Shown: in pieces, positions 1 through 12,529 of the stretch
Layout: the number at the start of each line of letters is the position of its first letter
Position numbering within the stretch: the first letter of the stretch is position 1
Assembly: GCA_965178125.1 (NCBI GenBank)
Contig: OZ237758.1
Location: 62,001-126,000 of the forward strand
Length of the DNA stretch: 64,000 nt
Direction: 5' to 3'
Source of the DNA: Bilabrum cf. latius
Taxonomy: Eukaryota
The notes under the pieces: model-generated
Told to the model about the DNA's origin: nothing
The model's input: the letters and a program-made list of their open reading frames with translations, nothing else
The model's database searches: none
Position numbers and translations under genes: made by a program

Positions 1-1646
1 CTCGTCCCAGCCAGTGACAGGGCCTTCGTTCTCCTTCCGACCCGCCCGCAGGCCGGGGGCCTGCGGCCACCTTGCGGCCTCCACCTACTCGTCCCCGCCA
101 CGAGAGCTGCCCGCGCCGGAGGCAGGACCTGCAGCTGAGCCGCTGCCTTCGCCTGCCGCAGATCTACCCTAGGCTCCCCCCTCCTCCTCCTCCTCATCAT
201 CTCCAAGGATCGCAAATCCAGGGTCCATCGAGCGCCCGCCAGGACCGGATGGCCCCGGCCTGGCCTGAGCCTGCCTCGCCCTGGACGGCCCACCGGCCCT
301 CCTCCGCTGCGACCGCGAGTTGGACGACGAGGACGAGGACATGCCACGCGTGTGCCCTTGGCTAGTGCCATCATCATCCGCAAAAGGCACAAAGGACCCG
401 CCCGCCGCCCCCTAGTCACCACCAGCCCCCGTGTCCCTCGGCTGCAGCGCCAGGCCCAGCCCCCGCCTGCCCCCCCGGCGGCTCGCTGCGGCGGCAGCCT
501 GGGCTCGGTCCTGAGGCACTGCCAGACCGGTTGCAGAGCCAGATACGCCACCAACCCCCCTTGCATTCTCCCCCGGCTTCACCGCCAGCACCCCCAGCGG
601 CCTCCTCCTCTTGGCCCCACCAGCACCAGCTGCAGCACCAGCAGAGGCACCCAGGGCTGCGTCCGGCCCCTCGCCCGCTGCCCCGAGTAGACCCATGCCC
701 GCAGCAGGACCGTCACCAACATCGCCCGCAAGGTCCACGGCCCCATCTATACCGGCCTCAGCCCCCGACCCCTTGACCCCCGCTGCCTGCGCCTCGAGCC
801 GCCCCAGGTCCACGTCCTTCCACTCCACCTCAACCTCCTTGGCAGAGGCCGCGGTAGAGTCCGAGGGGGAGGACCCTCGGGGACCGCTGGTACGAGCACC
901 CTGCAGCGCCTTCCATTGCGCCACCATGCGGCGGCGGAACATGGCATGGCGAGCAGCGAGCCTCTCGCGTTTGTCCGTGCCGCGCCTGACGCCGTGGGAG
1001 TAGACTCGCTCAGCAACCGTAAATCGGCCATCCCGCTCTGCCACGTGCCCCCAAGCCATATAGAATAAGGCGCATCCCTCACCGATCCTCTTCGACCACA
1101 GGTATCGAAATGTTGGTGCCGGATCCTTCGCCATGTTTGCGAGGCGAATCCAGAGCGCAACGTAGCGCGTATCGTTCCGATACCTGGGATCCTTGGAAAA
1201 CTGGGAAGTCACCTCCTCTAAAGCGGTTTCAACAGGTGTTTTCACACCCCCTGACGGCAGGTGGTCCTCAATCCAACGGATGTAGTCGATCCACGACGAC
1301 AGAGGGTCCTCCGATTTGGCAGCCTTGGCAATCCTTTTCTTCCATGCTCTGCTCCAACAGTTTACAGTAGAATCGTTCGAAAACCAAAAATATGAATTTA
1401 TAAGGGCATTATAATAGGTAATTTGGCACAAATTGGCGATTGGGCTCTTTCTTTAGGGACAGGACCAGGTGTATTGTGCACCACTCACTGTTGCTTCTTC
1501 TTGAGCTCTTTGGCAGACAGCTCTTCGCGCCCTAGAACTCTATTCAGCCTTCGAACATTGCGACCACGTTTCAAGGGCTGCACGTTTTCTTTGCTCGTCT
1601 CCCACTCCGGGTCATTCACGCTTGCTTCGGCAGGACGGGCCGCCAT
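1..1646 (-). CDS. BubR1/Mad3-type spindle checkpoint protein, N-terminal part (continues past window start)
   Basis: Exon 1 (1646-1489) has EWETSKENVQPLKRGR (KEN1). A GT-AG intron (1488-1349) is followed by the Mad3/Bub1 TPR-like domain (DPLSSWIDYIRW, YRNDTRYVALW). Reading through TAGs at 412, 169 and 85 gives an ABBA-like FVPFAD and a second KEN box, RKENEGPVTGW. Confidence 0.88.
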
Positions 1647-1759
1647 AGTTTGAAAGTTGAACGTCTATCGATCCGAATAAACAGCGGGTAAGGTGTATCT
1701 TCAATAAAGAAGGTTCGATAAATACTGCACGAAGCTGTGACCCAAATTTGCCGACTAGC

Positions 1760-4700
1760 ATGCGGCTGCTTGCAGTATGTGCTATTCAAGCCGCATATTT
1801 GTGTTTAGTAGCTGCTTCAGAAGGATCGATGAGCGTGCGACTGGGTACGCCGTGGCCTATCGGGGTCTACAACCCCGCCATGCAGGCGTCGTAAGCATCA
1901 TTATCATCATGCAGCTCCAACCAACCAACCTCATCGAATTTTCAAGTAATCATTTATGAATGTTAACTATATATCTAATCGCAGCGAATTTTTGGCAGAC
2001 GAAGACAGGGCGTCGGCAGGGTCCCTACTGGTCTGGAGATTCCTGGATCGGGTGTGCAGCTCGGCAGCTGTTCAGCCACTGACCAGGGCATCAATAGCTG
2101 AGGTAGCTGTGAACGCATCCGCTGGTCTAGTAAAACACCTGTCATCAAAGGTGAGTGTGGCCTTGAGAAAGCGAAGCCCACAACGGCAACCTATCTACGG
2201 CAGCAATCACACGTGGCATACACATGTCCTGTGTTGCCAACCCCACACCGAGCAATTGCTGCCGCACGCTCAGATTCTTGCTTTACATTGCAGGTTCTTA
2301 GGGTTTCCGTGGCATCAAACGCCTACGCGGCCGCGATCGAAGCCCATCGCCGGCAGGCCCTTGGCACCAGGGACGCATGCCCCGGCAGCGGCCCCGGCAC
2401 CAGCAGTCCCTCGGCATGGGCTGTGGTGGGATAGGATGCCACTCCAGTGTGTGACATTGCTAGTCTAGCCGCAGAGGTCAAGAAACTGTCCGCAGCCGCC
2501 CCGGCGACCGCCTCTGCTTCCGCTGCTGACCTCGTCTCGATCGCGTCCATGGACCGCCCCCGGGCCTCTGACCACGCGCTGCCGACCGCTGACTAGATCC
2601 GAGCGGCTGGACTAGCGCAGGGCGATGGGTCGGTGCTCCTCTCCTTCGGCTCCAAGGCGGGCATTCAGCTCTCCTCAGATGCCCCGCGCACTGCCCAGCT
2701 GCCCCCCTTCGTGGCACTGTACGGCGCCGCCGGGGATGCCTCGCTGTGCCCATGGCTGGCGGAGGGCGCGCGACTTGCCGCCGATGGAAGCGCGCGCGTG
2801 GTGCTACGGCACTTTGACCCGAGCACTTAGTAGGGTGAGGGAAAGGGAGAGGGAGCCCCTCTCGAGCAGCCGTTGAGCGGGTACGGTGTCTCGCTGGACG
2901 TGAAGAACATGGAGTACAAGGTCATCGACGATCGGGCCGCGGGGGATGAGGTAGGGGATGGTGAGGGCGGGGCCGAGACACAAGCTGAGGAGGCTGCTGT
3001 GAGGGCCGCTGAGGACGCCATCGATGCCCCGGCTGTGCTGGCCTCTCAGGCGGCGCTGGGCGGCGTGTCTGTGCCCCAGCAGGGGGAAAGGGTGAATCCG
3101 CTGTCGAGCGTGTACTCGAGGCTGCACTCAGCTGCAGCTGAGTTGTGGGACTCGAGGTTTTGCGGAGTTGAGGACGAGAAGGAGGAGGACGACGGGGCCA
3201 AGAAGGGCAAGCGGAAAACGAAGCAGAAAACAAAGAAGAGAAAGAAGAAGACGAACAAGAAGTAGACGGCCGGATCGGTGTCGAGCACGGGTCGCAAATG
3301 CACGCAGCCCACGCTGCAGGACGCCCAAGAGCCGTGGAAATCCGCCAGCAGCGTCAAGTGGGACGGGGGCAAGCCACCCGTACCGCCTGCCCTTCGACTC
3401 AAGGAGGACGGTGCGGGTGCATCGCTTGATGGCGGTCTCAGAGCAATCAACCACACGTATCTCGGCCTGCAGACGGCTGCGTTCATGTGGCATGCAGTGC
3501 ACGGTGGTGACTCGATGGGCGCGGCCAACAGCACCGCAGCAGCCGACCCCAGCTCCGATCCGAGCTCTGACCCGCTGCACCTCCTCTCAGCACTCACCGG
3601 TGACTTCCCTCGCATGGCGCCCGACCTGCAGTCCCTGCCAGTGCCTCCCAAGCTGGTGCAGTCAGTGCGCCGGGCAGCTCGCATCGTTGGCTTCGGGCAG
3701 AACGTGGTCCTCGTGAACGGGCGCCTGGTGGACGTCACGGCCGCGTCCTTCAACTACTTCAAGCTGCTGCGCACGCTGCAGGACGAAGCCTCGGTGCTGG
3801 CGGCCTTCGGGCGACTCCCTCTGGCAGAGGAGGACCAGCGGAGGCTGAGGGAGGTCTCTGCAGCGGCTGCGGGGAGCGGGGGGGGAGAAGGTGGTGGGGG
3901 TTCACCCGCAGCAGGGAGCAGCGAGGACGAGGACGAGGTGGACAGCGTGGATCCCTCGGGGGCTCTGCGGGTGGACATTTCGGGCGGATTCCTGCCGCCT
4001 GGGAGTGTGAAGGGGGGCGAGTCAGACGAGGACGAGGACGAGGACGACGAGGACTTGCTGGGCGATGACGAAGATCCAAGCGGCGCTGGCACCGGGAGCA
4101 AGCCAGTGGCACCTGTGGCATGGCTCAACGACGTAGAGGCGGACGAGATGTACGCGCAGTGGCCGCGGAGCCTGCGAGGCCTCATGCAGCCGTCGTGGCA
4201 GCTGCCGCAGATCCGGCGCAACCTGTTCACGCTGGTGATCATGCTGGACCTGGGCTCTCCTTCGGGCATGCAGGGCCTCCTTCAGGCCGTAGGGGTGCTG
4301 CAGCAGCAGCCTATGCGGGTTGGCCTCGTGCTCACCACTCGCGAGGACGACGTGCACCTGAACAGCGAGGGCGAAGGCGGGGGCACAGGGGCTGTCGGAG
4401 AGGAGCTCGTGGGGGACTCCGGCCTGGCAGTGCCCAGCAAGGACGACGAGGAGTCGTGGTCGCTGCCCGCGACCCCCGCCCAGGTGGCGCTGCTGCTGGA
4501 CGACGCGCGCGCGAGGTACGGCCCCGAGGCAGGTCGGGACTTTGCGTTTGTGCTGGCCCAGGGCTACCAGCAGATGATGCAGCAGCGCATGCAAGAGCTA
4601 GCCATGCACGATGCCGCCGAGGAGGCGGAGGAATCCGGTGGAGGCGGCCTGTTTGGCGGGGGCGGCTCCCAGTCCTCCGATGTGGCCGAGGAGGCCGAGC

Positions 4701-7700
4701 GGGCGGAGCGGAGGCAGGAGAGGCACCGGCGCCGCGTGGAGGAGCTCCTCAAGGAAGGGGTCCCTCTCAGCGTGGCGAGGGACGCGTACGTGCGCGCGGT
4801 GAGGCCCCGCATGCCGCGCACCACCATGTTTGCAACTTCGGTCGCGACCGTGCAGGAGGCCGCGGCGGAGGCGCTTCGTGACGAGAGCGGGGCCGGGAGG
4901 GAGCGGCTGAACGCAGCCCGGCGGTGGCACCTGGGCACGGGCCTGCCCCGGTCGTGCTTCGTGCTGAACGGTCGAGTGGACACTGGAGTGCTCAACATGC
5001 AGCGGGCGCTCATGGGAGTCTCCATGCAGGAGAAGGGCGTGCTGCAGGCCATGGTACAGCGGCGGATACTCACGGACAGTGGCCGGAGGAGGGGCAGGAA
5101 GGCCGCGGCTGCGAAACTGGACCGTTCCCCCGAAGCGGTGCACAGCCTCATCATGCGGCACACGGGCGCGCTGCCCTCGTACGATCGCCGGATCCTGGCA
5201 CCGCTGGAGGCCAAGGGGGGCATGGGCATGTACGGGATGGGCGGGGAACAGCGGGAGCAAGAGATCACGCTGCCGCTTGCCTCCTCCCTGGCGGCTCCTC
5301 TGCTGCAAGGGGTCAGGTTCGTGCACCCGGCGGGCACTGACGGCAGCGCCAAGGCGGTGTCTCTGGTGGTGGCGGACGACCTGGGGACTCACGCCGGGCT
5401 GGCCTCTCTGGAAGGCGCCCTCTAGTTTGCCATGGTGCAAGGGGACGATGGAAGCGACGAGGACGAAGAGGGGAGAGGAGAAGACGACGATGAAGACAAC
5501 GAGCCAGAAGGGCCCTCCCGCCTTCAGAAGATGGCGCGGGTGGGTCTGGTGCACCTGAGGGGTGCGAGCACGGGTGCGGCGGGTGGGCCCGGATCCCTGC
5601 CAGCACTGGTCGCGCACTCTGCAGTAGTGGTGCTGGACGATCTGGTGGCGGAGGATCGAGGCATCCCTGCTGGTCCTGAGGCGCGGGTGCGCGTGGCTCT
5701 AGCGTGCGTGCGGGCGGCGAGGGAGACGGTGGAGGAAGTGGGGCTGCTCGTGGGCGAGGCGGGGGAGGGGGGCACCGGCAGGGTGGCGGGGCTGAGATCC
5801 ATGAGCTCGTGCGCGGCTGCAGCGGCCTCGAGTCTGCGGTATAAGGCCGCCCTGCGCGTGGCGCTGGGTCAGAGAGTGGCTGCGGTGCTGGCCGGGGCGT
5901 CTGCAGACGAGGCAGCCGCTGCCATCTAGCTCCCATCGGTGCCCGAGGGCGGAAAGGCGGTCACCGAGAAGCAGCTGCGGCGCTTGGAGGAGAGGGCAAA
6001 CGAGAGCGCTGCTGCGGCCATCCAGGCGGCGAGGGCGGCGGCTTCCTCGGCTAAGGCCCTCCTCGACGCTGTCGGCCTGAGGGGGGCCGGGGCTCAGTCC
6101 AGGGGCATGGGTGGTGCACCCAGCCAGGAGGGCTTCAGGGGCGTGCTGGCGAACGGTCGCGCGTTCGAGTTGAGGGACAGGCAGGTGCTGACCGCCTCGA
6201 TGGCTGGTCTCCTGGTTGAGGCAGAAAGCGGGCTGAGGGCGCGTAGGGTGCTCCGTGTGATCGAGGGGGCGCAGCTGGCGCACACTGGCAGCGAGGTGGC
6301 AGAAGGGGAGGAGGGCGATGCGGAGGGCGACGCCGGAGAGGGGTCACACCTGCGGGTGTCCCCGGATGATGTGAGCGCAGACTACATCAGCAGCGTGGTG
6401 GCGGCGGCGTCCTCCGTGCTGGGCGAGTACGAGGCCCTGGGACGGAGGCAGAGGCTTCCCGCCAGCATCATGGACGCGTTTGGTCTCAGCTACTCGACGC
6501 AGCCCAGCGGGGGTGCTTCTGCATGGACCGGCGTGGAGGTGGATGCCCTGCTGGATCCCGTCTCGCTGGCGGCCCAGCGGGTAGCGCCCCTCCTCGTCCT
6601 GCTGCGGGACGTGCTGGGCGCCAAGGTGAGGCTCGTGCTGCAGCCCGCTCTGCGCAGCGACAGCGACCGCCCCCCACTCATGAGCTACTACCGCTTCGTC
6701 GCGCCCTAGCTCGCCCCATCCGTGCCTAGTCAGGACGAGGGCGAGGAGGAGGAGGCCACACAGGCCCTGGCTCACACTAGCTCTGCGCGGGCCGTGTTTG
6801 CCCACCTTGACAGCCGCATCGTGCTCACACTTAAGGTGCTGCCCCCGGAGCCCTGGAATGTGCAGGCGCGCCGGGCGGCACTGGACACGGACAACCTGCT
6901 GGTGCCAGCAGGTCGGCTGACCACGGCCGAGTTTCAGCTCAAGTCGCTCGTGGTGGCGGGCCAGTGCCAGGACCTGACCCACGAGCGAGCCCCGAACGGG
7001 TTGCAGCTGCAGCTCGTGGATCTCACGGGTGACGCCGACGTGGGAAAGGGCCACGTGCGCTCCGAGACGCTGGTCATGCAGAACTACGGGTACTTCTAGC
7101 TGCAGGCCAGCCCAGGGGTCCACGCGGTCGCGCTGGCCCCCGGCCGTGCCTCTGATCTGTACGAGATCCGCGCGAGGCCGGACGAGGCAGCCATTCTGCT
7201 GGTGGAGAGGGCCCTGCGAGAGCGGGCCGCCAATCTCACCGCGGAGAGCCAGGGAATGTATGCAGAGGTGGACGAGAGCGGTGAGGCCCAGCCGAGAGAA
7301 CTGGACCTGAATGCTGTTGACCTGCCTGGGACAGGGGCAGCGGGACTGTAGGAGGAGCTGGATGCGGCCAGGAGGCAGCACGAGCAGCAGGTGAGGAGGC
7401 AGGGCGGACAGGGGCTCGTGCACCTGCCGCAAGGCCCTCAGCTGCAGCTGGATGGAGATGGAGACGGGAATGGGGACGGACAAGCAGAGGCCTGGCAGCT
7501 GGCGGAGGGTCTCACCTCTGACTCGTCGTGGAGGGAGTGGATGGCGCTGCTGGACGGGGAGGTGAGGGCGCCCTTCTTGGAGGTGAGCGTGAGGGACTTC
7601 ACGGGCGAGGTGACGCAACTCAAAGTGCGCAAGCAGCCGGGGCAGGAGGAGGCACGTCTGCTGGCCGGGCTTGGTGACAAGCTGGAGGACGAGGACGAGG

Positions 7701-8734
7701 GCAACAGCGGGGGCTCGGCTGGGGGTGGACTGTTCGGGGCCATCTCGTCGATGCTGGGAGCTGGAAGGGGCTTGAGCGGAGATGCGGCCAAGGGGCTCAA
7801 GAAAGACAAAGCCAGTGCATAGGAAGCGGGGCCCGGTGCCGTGCAAGTGCAGGAACTGGGACTCGGGGGCGTGCCGGACGGGGGCCCTGACGACGACCGG
7901 ATCCACGTGTTTTCTCTGGCGAGTGGGCACCTGTACGAGCGATTCCTGCGCATCATGATGCTGAGCGTGAGCAAGAGATCCAGCCGGCGAGTCAAGTTCT
8001 GGCTGGTGGAGAACTTCCTGAGTCCCGCCTTCAAGCGCGGCGTGGCCTCCATGGCGCGGGCCAAGGGCTTCGACGTAGGGCTGGTGACGTACAAATGGCC
8101 CGACTGGCTGAGGCAGCAAACAGAGAAGCAGCGGATCATCTGGGGATACAAGATCCTCTTCCTGGACGTGCTGTTCCCCCTGGGCCTGGACCGGGTCATC
8201 TACGTGGACGCGGACCAGGTGGTGCGAGCAGACCTGGCCGAGCTGTGGGACATGGACCTGCAGGGGGCCCCGTACGGGTACACTCCCTTCTGCTCCTCAA
8301 GGAACGAGACTCTGGGCTTCTAGTTCTGGAGGCAGGGCTACTGGCAGCAGCACCTAGGCGACAAGCCGTACCATATCTCTGCCCTGTATGTGGTGGACCT
8401 GGCTCGCTTCCGGCGGGCAGCGGTCGGGGACCGGCTCCGAGCCACGTACGATCAGCTGAGCCGGGATCCGAACTCGCTCTCGAACCTGGATCAAGACCTG
8501 CCCAATTACGCCTAGAACGAGGTGCCCATCTTCTCCTTGCCTCAGCAGTGGCTCTGGTGCGAGTCATGGTGCGACGACGGGTCCAAGTCAGAGGCCAAGA
8601 CCATCGACCTGTGCAACAACCCGCTTCACAAGGAACCCAAGCTGGATATGGCCCGGCGTGTCATTAGCGGAGAGCTGTTTGAGGAGTCGTGGGTGCAGCT
8701 GGACAAGGAAGCCTCCGAGTTCGACATGACGTGA
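1760..8734 (+). CDS. UGGT: UDP-glucose:glycoprotein glucosyltransferase (GT24), about 2245 aa
   Basis: Signal-peptide-like start; introns 1891-1984 and 2151-2293. Motifs [78 protein letters not shown]. One frame from 2294 to TGA at 8732 with 13 in-frame TAGs and no TAA/TGA. Confidence 0.95.
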
Positions 8735-9030
8735 GCATGGCGGGCGCAAAGTGCCCTCCAATGCGCAGTTGGGGGAGGGATTGAGCCACCTCTCAGCTCG
8801 CTAGGTAAATTGTAGTGCTAGCGAGCCAGTGCATTGATATCGGTTTGAAAGCAGCAAACACACAGGGTATCAATCAGCCATTTTAGAACTCTTGACCATC
8901 TGCCTACGGGCTCCGGATCCCATCACTTGTACAGCCACTCGCAGCACTCGTGAAGTTGCATTGCAACGAAACGGGCCAACGGTTGAACGTTGGCCTCTTC
9001 TTCGGTACCACCGACCCGCCTTCCTTCTCC

Positions 9031-11139
9031 TCACCACGGGTCCTGTGGCGCCACAGACACTGGAGAGAACACCAGGGTGGGCAGCACGCACCCAAACCAC
9101 ACGAGCGGGTTGCACGCACCGCAGCAGCACCAGCCACCGATGCCCATTTCCTCCTCAATACCAGTGCTCTTGTCCTTGTCCTTGTCCTTGTCATTGTACC
9201 TCGCCCTGTCCCTGCTGGACCCCTCCGCCGCACCCAGGCCCACCGCATGACCATGACCAGCCCCTCCCTCCTCGTCCTCCCGGCGCTGGCGCCGCCTCTC
9301 GAGCAGAGCTGCCCTGTCGCGGTGCAGCGACCTCGTCATCGTCGCTGCAGCAGCCGCGCTCGTCGCCAGTGCCAGCAGCTCCAGCACCGCCACCGCGCCA
9401 AGGTATCCAGACTACGTGTCTGCACCCGGGCATGCGTCCAGCGCGGGCTCCTCTGCCCCCGCCTCATCGTTAATCCCTGCCTCGCCCCCTCCCCCCGCAG
9501 TGGGGGCAGGCCCCGTCCTCACTGTGAAGCCGAGTCCCATGCCGCCCCACACCGCCAATGCCACCAAGAGCACGACCACTACGCTCGCCAACACCACCGC
9601 TCCGTGGCATGCGCTCAGCAGCTGCCCCGCTAGCGTGTGCCTCAGCTCGGGGGGCTCCTCCTACGATGAGCCCAATCCGCTCAGTTGCCTGGACCCCACC
9701 CCGCCCTGGGCCTCCACCACGTCCATCCGCATCGCCAGCTCAAGCTCCCTAGAAGCCCGCCGCCCGCGCACCTTCCTTCCCCGCCCTGTGGCGGAGCTCC
9801 GCCTCCTCCGAGGATTGCTGCGGCGCCGCCCCTGTCCATGTCCATGTGCGCGCTCCGCCCCGGGACTGAGCGTGCCGTCCATCTCCATGGGGAAATGTCG
9901 CGCCCCTCGCCCCCCTGCTTGTCGCTCACCCGCACCTGCACCTGCCCCTGCACCTCCCGCTGCCTCCCCCGCGCTCCCGGTGTGCGGCACGGGCGAGGAC
10001 AGTGCATCGTCCGTGTGCACCGCATCGGCATCGCCTCGTGCAGAGGAGGGCTCCTGGACGCCAATGCCAGGCCCCAGATTCGCGCCGGAGTCTGCACTGC
10101 CCGCCTGAGTAGGCAAAGGGGAGGGGGCCGGCGCTGGGGGTGCGTGCAGCCCAACTGCATTGGCGAGCGCGCTCTCGGCTGGAGCATCCACCCCCGTGGA
10201 AGTGGCCTTGTCTCCGTGGAAGGGGATCTGCGTGCCTGCCGCCGTGCTGGACCGCATCAACTCGTTGTCGCTCCCCTGCGTGTGCGCGCCCAGCCCTGCT
10301 CGCCCACTGGCGGCCGCGTCCCCCACGGTGCTCCTGCTCTCCAGGTCTGGCTCGGCCACGCCCATCTCCAGGCCGGCAGCGGGCGGGTAGGCAGCGCCCC
10401 GCGCGCGAGTGTTGGCGCGAGCGCTCTTGCTAACAGGGACGCTAGACTATCCTTTCGAGTCCCACTGGGCGCCGGCCGTGGCATGCGCGTAATCAATCGC
10501 GCCTTGCTATCGCCGCGAACCGCCCGAGCTGCCGTTATCCAATGTCGGTTGGGGCCACGCAGCCGTCACCAAATGAGTTCCATTGGCATATACTACCACG
10601 ATTGAAAGAAGCATTAAGAAAGCCAGCGTACACATGGCCACCGCGATGGCAAAACTGCCCAGCACAACCTGCTTTTCGGCAGGCAGTAAGCCTGTGTGAT
10701 CGGCTCCGTCCCTTACCTCGCCATCATAGCTGCACTCCCCCGAGCGTATAAGCTGCCAGTCGTCATAAGATATGAGTAACAGTGGAACATACAGAGGGAG
10801 CGTAAAGAAGAGGGCGCACCATCTTGAGACGCAGATCGTGCGCGCTAGCTCGCTGTTGAAGTGGCGCAGCCTCGATTGGGTTAGATCACGCCGATCCAAC
10901 CCTCCAAGCGTGGTTCGTACTTGTACCGCCTGGGCAACCGCAAGCATGTTATACGAAACTAGGGGCTGCTTGGGACCCCAATCGCTCGCGAACCCGCGGA
11001 AATCTGATAGAAACCGCGATGTGCTAGATGCAGCGCACTGTAGCGCAACCCACGGATGGAGTGAATCGGTCGCGAATGGGTCGCATCCGTAAGCAGCTGC
11101 AATACGATCAGAGTTTGCGATATCGGCCTGCAATTGCAT
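9031..11139 (-). CDS. Hypothetical multi-pass membrane protein (ends uncertain)
   Basis: ORFs 10507-11139, 9661-10365, 9412-9597 and 9031-9393 share a frame and are separated only by TAGs (10507, 10447, 9661, 9412). Several hydrophobic helices flank a low-complexity loop. Confidence 0.6.
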
Positions 11140-11307
11140 GCAAATTTAGTGTGGGCTTACACAAAGCCACCGGGCGTCACCAAGGCGCGGCATGGCGGTG
11201 CCACCGACCGATCCAGCCGAGGAGAGGTTACAGCAAGGTGGCACCTCGGCCAGCCGACCAGCTGCACGCGCAGCCAGGCCGCGCCATCCGCCAGTTCCGA
11301 CACTTGC

Positions 11308-12355
11308 TCACTCGAAGAAGTATGATTGCTCGAACGAGGGCACGTCCTTCCCGGTGAACACGGGTTCGTAGTTGTAGATGAGCGCCCGCGCCTCGTCCTC
11401 GGGAGAGGGGAAGGACCGCTGGTTCTTCCGGGCCTGCTCGCCCAGCCAACGGGCCGCGAACAGATTGGCTCGCACGCTGTCCGCGCTGTGGTCCATGGCC
11501 TCGTCCTCGCGCCACTCGAATATGGGCTTCTCGGGGTGCCACTGGGCACCGTACAGGGGCATGGACAGGCCCTCGATGGTGCTCACGAACGTTCGTCCAT
11601 TGCGGTCCTGGTTCGTCGAGAGGGGCTCCCCGAAGATGCTCGTCAGGTTCTTGTTGTTCCGGAAGTCCTCTGGCGTGACTCCGTAGTGGTGGTTGTTCAT
11701 GGTGACGTTCTGCTGCAGCAAGATGTCCTTGACGCCCTGGCTGTCGGCCGCCTGGAAGAAGCGGCTCGAGCTCAGCGCGCTCGTGGGGTCCAGGGGCAGC
11801 GACAGGTTCTCAGAGTCGAACACGCCAGTCACCACGGAGGGGTACGTGGGGCCGGACGCCAGAAAACTCAGGAGCTGGAAACCCAGGCAGGTGCCCCAGA
11901 GCGGCACGGTCTCGCCCCGCTGGTGGGCCTCCATCGAGGCGCGGAGCATCCGCTGACCCGTGCTTGCGTACGGCGTCAGCTCCTTAGTTCCAGGGTGGAA
12001 AAAGTCGGCGCCCCCGCCAGTGAATAGGAATCCGTTCAATGAGGAGATAAGCTTCTCCTGGTCCTCATCGCTATCCGTGTACAGAATCGGGGCAGCCCTC
12101 GCACCGCTGGACTCGATCCACTGCGATCAAAGAAGCGAACCGCGTCAAAGGTACAACACTTGCACAGCTAATACAATCAGTAAAAATGAGTGCCTACCCT
12201 CTCACCTTAACGTACGAAGCAGGAAAATATGTGCGACCCTTGTGCACTCCGAGATCATTGGGCAGCGCCAGGATGCCAATAATCGGCCTGTTGCCTCCAG
12301 AGCTAGCCATTGACATGGTCATTAAAGCTGCAACAGCTGACACTTTGAACTGCAT
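11308..12355 (-). CDS. GGH: Gamma-glutamyl hydrolase (peptidase C26)
   Basis: Signal peptide, then RPIIGIL...YFPASYVK; intron 12205-12121; WIESSGAR, NGFLFTGG, catalytic WGTCLGFQ and QWHPEK; TGA stop. Confidence 0.93.
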
Positions 12356-12529
12356 CCTATCTTTCGGATTCTAACGGTGCAACACGAGAACCAAATAAAA
12401 TTCGGATCTTGTCCGTGATTCTACACGCTACCCGGCTGTCTGTACGCAAAAATTTCATATCGCCCCCGAAGGACCTATCCAGACCAGCGGCAGTTTATTC
12501 AAGAACAAAACGGCATATTTCTGCAAAAG

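Noticed and set aside
4564-8199. Long antisense and alternative-frame ORFs (for example 6344-8119 minus, 16906-18336 minus, 49369-50784 plus)
   Set aside because: Shadow ORFs expected from high GC and codon bias opposite real genes; no recognisable motifs.
1760-8734. TAG as pyrrolysine or programmed/leaky readthrough
   Set aside because: The host is eukaryotic, there are many TAGs per gene including tandem ones, no shared downstream context is apparent, and the sites align to Gln.
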